Below, piece after piece: positions 12,621 to 21,819 of a stretch of 36,817 bases of DNA. Within the stretch, counting starts at the first letter, position 1; every line of letters begins with the position of its first letter. The stretch comes from Octopus bimaculoides (lineage: Eukaryota), in the NCBI RefSeq assembly GCF_001194135.2, contig NC_068995.1:35175693-35212509 (forward strand), in the 5' to 3' direction. A program made the translations under genes and the position numbers. Below the pieces are notes generated by a model that worked only from the letters and a program-made list of their open reading frames with translations, searched no databases and was not told the DNA's origin.

Positions 12621-13059
12621 CTATTTCGTTCATAGTATTTGAAAGTGATTCATAGAAAACATAAATCGATATATATGATGAAAGTACATAATGAAAGAAT
12701 TATATAAAACTTACCAGAGTTTAAATATGGGAGAAAAAGTATCAATAAGGATTTAAAAACTTCAAAAACCCTCATATCAAAAGTATGAAAATATCGTTTA
12801 TTATCTTGAGTAATTATAAACATTTCTCGCTTCTGTAAGCGAGAAGTAACTATTGTATAACTACACCGAGATTTATTCCGATATTCATTATCTTCTGTAC
12901 ACCCCTTCTCAACCCTTTCTCTTCTCTATGTCGCCCATCTCTCCGTATGTCTGAAACAAAATAAACGATAGAAGAAATTTAATATATAAATATAATATGA
13001 GAATATGATACATTACAATATAATATAATATAGTATAACATAGTGAGAGGGAATGTGAG

Positions 13060-13106
13060 ATACACACACACACATAGGAGCACGCAAACACACACACACT
13101 CACAAA

Positions 13107-13143
<37 letters not shown>

Positions 13144-13160
13144 ACACACACACATATATT
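13060..13160. repeat. (CA)n/(CT)n compound microsatellite
   Basis: Direct reading. Confidence 0.93.
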
Positions 13161-13669
13161 GATAGATAAATAAATAGGCAGATAGATGTGTTTATGAATG
13201 CGTGTGTTTGTGCCTAGTTATATGTACATACACACTCAGACATGTAGTGACGTAGGCATTTGCATCGCTGCGAATACGAGGAAAAAGATAAATGAAAAGT
13301 ATTATTTAAATGAAAGAATAACAACTTGAAAGATTTGCTTGTATGTTTGAAAAAAACTATACAGAAACAAATTGTAGGAAGGGATGTTCTTTTGGCATTG
13401 TCTTGTCTCCAAGTATTTTCGTTTTCTCTCTTTTTCCGCTGCATCTAAGACTCACATAACGACTATACAAGTACGCAAAACATAAAGAGAAAAGATTGTT
13501 GCCTTAATGAGATAAAATTCTACATGGTACATAAATCATGGACACTCAGAGCAGACTCAGGCCAGACAGTTGTAGTCTATTCTACCCAACACTTCTCGAT
13601 CTTTGTGCCTTACACTGTTGATCGCGTACCACTGGACTCCAAAAGTAACAGCAGCTCATTTTCTTTCTT

Positions 13670-13954
13670 CAGACATATGCAGATTTCGGCCTCAATTCTC
13701 TTCCACCATTCTTCTAGTTGAAAGAATCATCTGGATGGATTAACTGAGAAAATCAAAACTGACCTTTCAGAGTTCTTTTCTTCTAAACCCAAAGAGTTTT
13801 TCACTAATGAACTTAAAAAGCTTACGAGTAGATGAAAAGATGTCATAGGTAATTATGGAAACTATATTGACAATTAACTTTCATTGATATGTAAGATTTG
13901 TTCTCTTGTTTCCTTTATTTAAAATACGGACATTACTTCTGAGATGATCTGATA
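13670..13954 (+). mobile_element. Mariner transposon 3' fragment with right TIR
   Basis: QISASILFHHSSS*KNHLDG...IKTDLSEFFSSKPKEFFTNELKKLTSR*KDVIGNYGNYID matches the mariner C-terminus. It ends ...ggacattacttctgagatgatctga-TA. Confidence 0.78.
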
Positions 13955-14287
13955 GTTTTTCACTCTCCTCCTAAATCGTAAAAAATTGTTATAGAATATA
14001 GACTTATAGAAATAGTATCTCATATTTACCTAATATCATACATCTCATTATCTTTAAAACTTGAGGACACATTGTACAATGTATTCCCTGCTATATAAGA
14101 CAAGATGATTACATTTGAATGACAGCTTAGCATAGTTCTGTTCGGAATTTGAATCACAAAAGTGTATAGGGAGAGTTAATATGTAGTTATAAGAGAGTAG
14201 CTATGGCGGAAGTATTAATTCTAATAGAAAGTAGCATGAAAATTAATACTAATAGTTTACATTTGGGGAAAGAGAAATAGACAGAGA

Positions 14288-14559
14288 TAGAGATGAAGAG
14301 TAGGAGGAAAAGTATTAGCGTATGAGAAATAGAAAGAGTTGAAATACTAGGAATTAGAAAGCAAAGAAAAGAATAATAATAAATATAGGTAGAAAGATAG
14401 ATAAATTCATGGGAGTATGGGAGAGGGTATATTTATGTAGGCATAAAAGGAATATGTATGTACATAAGTACATTGTTTTTTTCTTCATCTTATTTACACT
14501 ATTTCCACTCTTTCTATTTCTCATAATCTATTTTCTACTTTTTCCCTAATTTCATCTGT
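14288..14559. repeat. Imperfect inverted repeat (MITE-like, ~270 bp)
   Basis: 14321-14348 matches the reverse complement of 14498-14525 at 26/28, with weaker similarity extending outward. Confidence 0.6.
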
Positions 14560-16489
14560 TCAAATATATAAATGCGCGCGCGCATGTATGTGTGTGCATG
14601 TGTGTGTTTGCGTGTACCTTTGTGAGTGTTCACGAACGCACGCATATAAATACACAATACCCTCCTGTTGTGTATTTTTTGTCGGGTATTGCGTTTCTGT
14701 GGTTATATATTTACTTATAACTGATTAAAAAAAAGGTGGAAAAGATAGAAGTTATGACTGGTAGACACTCAAAGAATAGATTTAAAGCTGAAAGTATTGC
14801 TACATGTAACTCATTCACAATAATACGAGAAAAAAAGAATGAAATCTGCATAAAGGAGGAAAAAAATCATGAAATACATGCATTGTGTTCAGAAAAGTTT
14901 ATTGCTAAAGAGATTTATAGTCATAACATGTTCAATAAGTATAAAAGAAAAAAAAAGGGGTGCAAAATCTCAATTCTCAGAGATAAATATAGCAGGGAAA
15001 AATGGGTGAACAAAGATAAAAATCAAACAATATTAATATGTGATATATTCAACGCTAGAATTGATGACAATTTGAAGAGACATGTTGCGATGTTTCACAC
15101 AAACTCATGCGTATTAGCATACGCATGTACCGACATACATACGCACATATTTCTATGCATATGTGTGTGTTTGTGTGTGTGTGTGCGTATGTGTGTATCA
15201 TTGTGTGTGTTTATGTATTTAAAGCAAGTAATTATGGCTTTCTAATGATATATTCTTTATAATTGAGGCGGCGTTAATATTAGCGGCTTCGGGGAATACA
15301 AATTAGACGAACATTAGTAGATACAAAGCATTCACTGACAGACATATGATAATATGCATATGTTTGTTTCTGATATGCTTCTAAATACGATATGTCTATA
15401 GCATTGCTTACACAAAGCATTCATAGATAGTCTGTGGGTGTGCTTGTGGAACCAGAGATATAGCAAATATACACAATCTATATTTGTGCGTGTGTATAAG
15501 TGCGTGTGCGCGCGTGTGTGCGTGCGTGTTTTTATGTAGATAGACGTGTTTTTATAGAAATACACGCAGAGAGGCAGAAATACACACACATTCAAACTTA
15601 TAAGTATTATGTGTTAGTATACAAATACAGTCGCGTTCATTGTTGTCATTTATAATAATAGTTAATTATTATATTTGTTGGGGAACGACTCAATGATGGC
15701 AAAATTAATCGAAATAAATCCATAGACAAACTGCGTAATGACAACAATATCAGCAAATTTGATGGCTACGATATCAAAAATAAATTCTTTTCTTTTCTTT
15801 AGTTTTCTGCTTTCATTACAAAGTCATTTGTTGTCGACTAATCTTTTCTATCAATATCAGTGTCTCGTCAAATGAGCCATTCCAAACTAGAGATTTTTCT
15901 CAGTTTCACTTTTTGGTCCTATATTTATTTTATGTAAATGACTGTAATTACCTTCTGGCCATTAATTAACCGTAGCTAGAACTCAAGATAGTGGCTAAGA
16001 ACTTCCATAAGTGTGCTGCGAAGAACTGAAATGAACTGAAGATAATTCTACTACTTTCATTGTTAGACTTCAACAACTTAACTTTGGTTTTCATTTTCTT
16101 CGTCTCTAATGTCAAAAAAATTTCCAATAAATTTTTCTTTCACCAATTTAGTTCGTAATGTTGGTCAATGCCGTTAATGATGTTTTGTATGTAGGCTGTC
16201 TGGTGTATAGTTATGAATAATAGTGATTTTAATACTACTAGCCAGAAAGCTATGGAATACATCGTTTACTGAGATGTTTCAGCCGTTTGAAAAGTATATT
16301 CTGTGTTTTCGAATTTAATCTATGATTCACTATGATACAAAGAAAGTTATTTTAACATGTTTTATACACTGTGAGGACATGCACACACTTGCAAACACAC
16401 ACAAAAAAAAACACAAACGTAAAATCTGTTACTTTCAACTATATAAAAGAATAATAACTTAAATATATTATTTTATCATTTTATTTGTT

Positions 16490-16678
16490 TCAATAATCAG
16501 TTTGTGACCATGCTGGAGCATAGCCTTGAAGGATGTAGGCAATAAAATGGACATATTTTATGCCTGGTATTTACTCTCTCTTACTTAATCCAATTTTTTT
16601 GCCGAACTTCAAAGTTACGGTGACGTAACCATACTCACACAGTTGTCAAGCGCTGAGAGGCATGCACGAGTTGAAAAT

Positions 16679-16722
<44 letters not shown>

Positions 16723-16905
16723 TATGTATACACACGATGGGTTTAATATACTCGACAGGTTTCAGTTTCCGTCTATAAAATCCGCTCACAAGGTTTTGGT
16801 TGACCCAAAGCTATAGTAGAAGACACTTGCCCAAGGTGCCACGCAGTGGGACTGAACACAGAACCATGTAGTTGGGGAGCAATCTTCTTACCAAACATCC
16901 ACGTT
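16490..16905 (-). mobile_element. tRNA-derived SINE family A, diverged copy with internal (CA)n
   Basis: Head 16760-16905 and tail 16490-16660 match the reverse complement of the 18672 copy. Confidence 0.85.
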
Positions 16906-17965
16906 TGCGCCTGGTGAAGTATTGTGCAAATCAAGAAAACTTGAAACGTAAGTAGTTCAGAGCTAATACGAGTTAGCTGCATTTACATTTTATACGTTTG
17001 AAATTCGAATTTTGCCCATCAACTGACTTTACTGATTATGTTCAGTTAATTCAGTGTTCACACCAAAATGTGCAACAATGCTCTAATGAAAATATAATCT
17101 TAAATTTATTAAATATCTTGGCTTGAAAACATATTCTATGAGATATTGGTTTTATTTTATATTCAAATAATTGTACTACTAAATATACATTCACCAAAAT
17201 ATATCCTGTCTGACATTTGGATTTTTGAAATGTTCTTTATTGCAAGTTACCATATTAAGAATCTTGGAATGAATCTAAAGATAGCCACCCACACAATTAA
17301 TTATGGAGCATATTACAGAAATTCTAAGACGGGATTGCTGCAAGAAATCAATAATAATTTCCATATCCTGACTTGAACAAATACTCACTGGTTATATAAC
17401 ACATAATAAATACGGTAATTTGTAACTCCGATTTATTTAGATGACAATGAAAATGGAAACTGCTTGTAAATATATAATATCTTACAAGAGAATCCAATAT
17501 TCTATAGAAATTATGTAAAAGACAAACAAGAAGCATTATTCATCATAAAGCTAGGTATATAAGGATTCTAAAGAATGCCTTCTCAATTACATTGTTTTTG
17601 TTATCGAGTGTTAAATTGTGAAGAGAAGGAAAAAGGCTGCAAGACATTCCCAATCACTTTACAGTTTATATTCTCAAGAAGAATAGAAAAAGAAAGCGTG
17701 AAATCGTTAATAGCATTTACAGAAATAGGAGCTAATACACATGTGAAAGAGTATCTCTTTCTATTTATCTAGGAACCTCTCTCTATCAATCTATGTATGT
17801 ATGTATGCATACAAACGCACGAATTTATACTATATATGAGATTACAAAATTATTGGCCATAATACATCTAAGCGGAAATAAAATATTTTATTTAATTTTC
17901 AAATAGAAACCTTTATTGTTTCTTATATAGACACAGTGCCAGAAATGTTTAGGGTTAGGTTTTAG

Positions 17966-18108
17966 TTGATAACCACAATGCAGTATTTGGATTGTTGCTT
18001 TATTTTATCGATGACAAACTGATGAATGACGAAGTTGATTTCAACTCAGAATTTAAAGAGACTGAACAAATATTGCAAAGCATATTTTCTGAGCTCTCTG
18101 CCTTATAA
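17966..18108 (+). CDS. Candidate phase-1 terminal exon (xDNHNAVFGLLLYFIDDKLMNDEVDFNSEFKETEQILQSIFSELSAL*)
   Basis: AG at 17964-17965, 47 codons to TAA, protein-like acidic helical composition. The pyrimidine tract is weak and no homology was recognised. Confidence 0.22.
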
Positions 18109-18225
18109 AATTTTTTAATGGGGTAAACACATTTTGCATCAATATTTGCTAATATGCAATAATTTGCTAAATGCATATATATATATATATATATATATAT
18201 GTAAAAATACGTGACAACTATTTGG

Positions 18226-18299
18226 TAGCCATGATAAAGCTCCGAGTTTCGGATGCCGGGGCGGAAACCCACGCCACCATCTCTTCAGTTATCTGGCCA
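18226..18299 (-). ncRNA. Minimal type I hammerhead ribozyme-like motif (U16.1C relic)
   Basis: Minus strand: tggcca-gataa CTGAAGA gatg...catc c GAAA ctc g gag C T | ttatc a tggcta. Helix I has 11 bp with one bulge. Confidence 0.6.
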
Positions 18300-18446
18300 T
18301 TGAAAATTGCTATGAAAATAACCGTTAAACAAAGGGAAATCACTGTGTGGTTGACCGTTATTAAGACAAAACTGGTATTAGAATGACCGCTAAATAATAG
18401 GAGGGAGTAAAGGTAAGGAAGTAAAAAAGTCACAATTGACAGAGGC

Positions 18447-18485
18447 TATATATATATATATATATATATATATATNNNNNNNNNN

Positions 18486-18525
<40 letters not shown>
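18447..18525. repeat. (TA)n microsatellite containing a 10-N gap (18476-18485)
   Basis: Direct reading. Confidence 0.97.
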
Positions 18526-18527
<2 letters not shown>

Positions 18528-18671
18528 CAAAAGAGGTGCTAGTCAATAGCCTCTGTCAATTTTGTGGTCTGTATTAATTTTGCCTTTAGGTTCTAACTGC
18601 TAATAAGCAACTTTTTAAAATTCGTTGTTTACACTTTTACAGTTTGGCATATAGTTGCAGGAGTGATGTAT

Positions 18672-19123
18672 AGGCGCAGTAGTAGCTATGTTGTAAGTAG
18701 CTTGTTTACCAACCAAATGATTCCGGGCTCAGTTCCACTACATGGCTCCTTGAACAAGTGTCTCCTATATCTTCGGGCCGACTAAAGCTTTGCGAGTGGA
18801 TTTGGTAGACGGAAACTGAAAGAAGCTTGTCGTGTATATATATATATATGTATGTATGTGTGTGTGTGTGTATGTGTTTGTGTTTGTGTGTATGTGTGTG
18901 GGTGTGTGGGTGTGTGGGTGTGTTTGTGCGTCTGTGTTTGTCCGCCCAACATCGCTTGACAACCGATGCTGGTGTGTTTACATCCCTGTAACTTAGCGGT
19001 TCGGCAAAAGAAACCAATAGAATAAGTACTAGGCTTACAAAGAATAAGTCCTGGGGTTGATTTGCTCGACTAAAGGCGGTACTCCAGCACGGCCTCAGTC
19101 AAACGACTGAAGCTACCAAAAGA
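18672..19123 (+). mobile_element. Full-length tRNA-derived SINE family A with internal (TA)/(TG) microsatellite
   Basis: Head aggcgcag, degenerate A box, B-box-like gggctcagttcc (~18726), body gagtggatttggtagacggaaactg, tail ...gactaaaggcggtactccagcacggcctcagtc. Several other copies are in the window. Confidence 0.9.
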
Positions 19124-19338
19124 AACTAGAAGGTTTTGTAAGTCATGGACAGAAAGTGACCATGGAAGTCCATTTGTACAATAATATCTATAATAATATA
19201 TCATAATATTACGAAGATGTACTTGCATAGCAAGTGACCAGATCTGTGCTGAAATAAAAACAATTGCAGTGTAGAAGGTGTTTATAAACCATTTAAAAAC
19301 ACAAAAACCGTTAGATTTACTTCAACATTTTAATTTAA

Positions 19339-19389
19339 TTTGCCAAAATATTTTCACTGCTTTGAGACTGCGACCTGTTCACTGACAAA
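19339..19389 (-). ncRNA. Hammerhead-like motif with G3:C8 covariant core
   Basis: Minus strand: tttgtca GTGAACA g gtcgc agtctcaaa gcagt GAAA a ta t T T | tggcaaa. Helix I has 7 bp (one G-U), helix III is the palindrome AATATT, and helix II is partly decayed. Confidence 0.45.
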
Positions 19390-19682
19390 ATTCCGTACAA
19401 ATTTCCAATTTGACCCATCTCATCATTCTAATCATACCCATCTATCCTCCCCCATCTATCCACAAATACTATCAATACACTCTCAAATTTTCATTCACAA
19501 CACAAAACCCTTTCGAACGAGCAACACAAAATCCACGGCTCCATACTGTGAAGTGACTAAACATGAACTGCTATTGGAACTTACATACCATGTGCAGGAA
19601 ACTTCTTTTACCACTTCTATACACCATTTTCCTCGAATAATGGAACTGGAACTACAATATCTTTATATATCTTATTTCTGCT

Positions 19683-19817
19683 AGGGAGGCGAGCTGGAAT
19701 AATCGGTAGAACGCCGGGCGAAATGCTTAGCAGTATTTCGTCTGAGTTACGTTCTGAGTTCAAATTCCGCCGAGGTCGACTTTGCCTTTCATCCCATCGG
19801 GATCGATTATATAAAAA
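19683..19817 (+). mobile_element. SINE family B, 3'-truncated, with 16-19 bp flanking direct repeat
   Basis: Head ggaggcgagctggaataatcgg, B box gagttcaaattcc (19756-19768), direct repeat tatatatcttatttct at 19664-19679 and 19818-19833. Confidence 0.82.
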
Positions 19818-19921
19818 TATATATCTTATTTCTACTTTCATTCTCTTATTTCCCACTATATCTCCTCCTTTTCCATAATAATTCGAACTCAAATATTTCC
19901 TCTATTTAACCTTCTCACACC

Positions 19922-19969
19922 GTCTCTGATGAAGGGATATCTATAATATCCCAGAAACAGCTGTAAGAC
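19922..19969 (+). ncRNA. Minimal type I hammerhead ribozyme motif, Penelope type, core intact
   Basis: gtct CTGATGA a gggatat ctata atatccc a GAAA C AGCT G T A | agac. Helix I 4 bp, helix II 7 bp, palindromic helix III ACAGCTGT, GUA cleavage triplet. Confidence 0.7.
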
Positions 19970-20619
19970 TATTTCCTTATAAATGTCCTGGAAACTTCTC
20001 ACAGCCTTGGCTTCTTGGCTTTGTTAACTCATTCTGTCTAATATATATATATATATATATAAGTCAGTAAATGTTGGGGTTGTGTTAACCGCACGTGGAG
20101 AGATAATAGGAAAAGAAAATATATTAATAATAATAAAAAGGCAGAATTCTAAACTGAAAACATATTTCAATATAGGTCTGTGTAAGAAGGGCTTAAAAGG
20201 GTTTCTCTAACCGGCTTTCATTGCATGCCAAATTTTCAAGAAGGGGGAAAATGAAAATTATTTTTTTTTTACAAAAAAATAATAAGTAAAAAAAAATAAT
20301 AAGCATATGAATACATTATATTGTCTTTGAGCTTTTAAAGTTCAATGGTAATCCATGGAGATAATTGTTAGAAAGATTAGGATGCATCTATTTTAGTTTT
20401 AGTGCTATGTTTAAAATAGTGTTATGTTTGAAACATCCAGAGTCATTTTCTTTCTGTACCTTATAATTTAACACACTCACCGGTAAAATTTCCACTTATT
20501 TCTTATTTTTATTTTCCTAAAATTTTTGTTGCGTCTAGCAACCTTTTCAATAGTCTTCACTCTGTTCGTTATTTACACTGCGTTCCTTTTTGTTTGTTTG
20601 TGCGCATGTATGATGTGCC

Positions 20620-20990
20620 TGTGCATGCATGTACGTATGTATGTATGTATGTATGTATGTAAGCATGTACGTATGTACGTATGTATGTATGTATGTATGT
20701 ATGTATGTACATCTGCATGTGAGTGTATGTATATATGTGTGTGTATGCATATGCATATGTGTATGTATGTGTGTGCATCTGTATGTATGTATTCTGCATA
20801 TTCATGTGCTTGCGTGTCTGTGTTTGTGTGTTTTTTATGTGTGTGTGTGTGTGTGTGTGTGTGTTTATATATGTATGCACCTCTGTCTCCTTGTGTGTGC
20901 TTGTCTGAGTGTGTGTGTGTGTGTTTTGCAACTATGTACCGTGTTTGTATGTATGGATGTGCGTCTCCATATATGTGGACACATGCCTCT
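20620..20990. repeat. Compound (TATG)n/(TG)n microsatellite tract
   Basis: Direct reading; it explains the overlapping ORFs at 20526-21177. Confidence 0.95.
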
Positions 20991-21393
20991 ATATGTGTCA
21001 TTGTGTGAAGTAAAATGTGTGTGTATATATAGTCATGTGTTTCAGTCTCCATTTGCGTATGTGTACTTGTCTGTATGTTGGTCTGTTTATTTTCATATCC
21101 ATATGCTTGCATACATGCGCATATACACATACATAACACACCTACCCACGCACTCATACATGCATCTATCTACATAACAACCCACTAACTATTTTACTCT
21201 ACATATATGTATGTATAGTTGAAATAGAGGTTATAATAGCCTCATAAAGGGATGGTATCATCCAAGGAAATGCTAGTACAATACCCAATATGTTTTGGAG
21301 GAAGGTAATATACTTAAAATAATAGTTTTATATATAAACCATGATTTATATTCATGTAAATGAAGAATAAGAAAATGGATATATTGATGTTAA

Positions 21394-21704
21394 TAAGAGT
21401 TTATTATCAGCAAAAGTCGATCTTTATATCTTGCAGCTGTTTCAATTAAGCACAGTAGAATTTAAAAAAAATATTAAAATCATATTTCTGAGCTTAATCT
21501 TTTCAGATAGAGAAAGAATATACCCTTAGAAATATTATGTGTTAATTGTTTGAATCATTACAAGATATTTCTAAGGGTATATCCTTTCCCTATTTGAAGA
21601 GATGAAGCTCAGATATAAGATTTTAATATTTTTTTAATTTCACCGTGATTATCTGAAACAGCTGTAAGAGATAATGATCGATTTTAGCTGCTAATAAACT
21701 CTTA
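21394..21704. repeat. ~310-bp near-complete palindrome (foldback) with hammerhead-like core in each arm
   Basis: 21394-21540 is the diverged reverse complement of ~21560-21704 (taagagtttatta/taataaactctta; tacccttagaaatat/atatttctaagggta). Confidence 0.88.
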
Positions 21705-21734
21705 ACTTCAAAATCTCCATTCTCTTATTCTTCA

Positions 21735-21772
21735 CGCGCGCGCGCGCACGCACACAAACACACACACACACA

Positions 21773-21816
<44 letters not shown>
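21735..21816. repeat. (CG)n-(CA)n microsatellite
   Basis: Direct reading. Confidence 0.96.

Positions 21817-21819
<3 letters not shown>

Noticed and set aside
14736-15245. 169-aa Lys-rich ORF
   Set aside because: A-rich low-complexity DNA running into a TG microsatellite, with no motif and no clear splice context.
19400-19660. GIY-YIG endonuclease relic upstream of the 19922 hammerhead
   Set aside because: No recognisable motif in any frame.
20195-20250. Minus-strand TTGAAAA...GAAAGCCGGTT, possible U3:A8 hammerhead
   Set aside because: Helices I and II cannot be formed convincingly in this copy. It is worth revisiting only with a family consensus.
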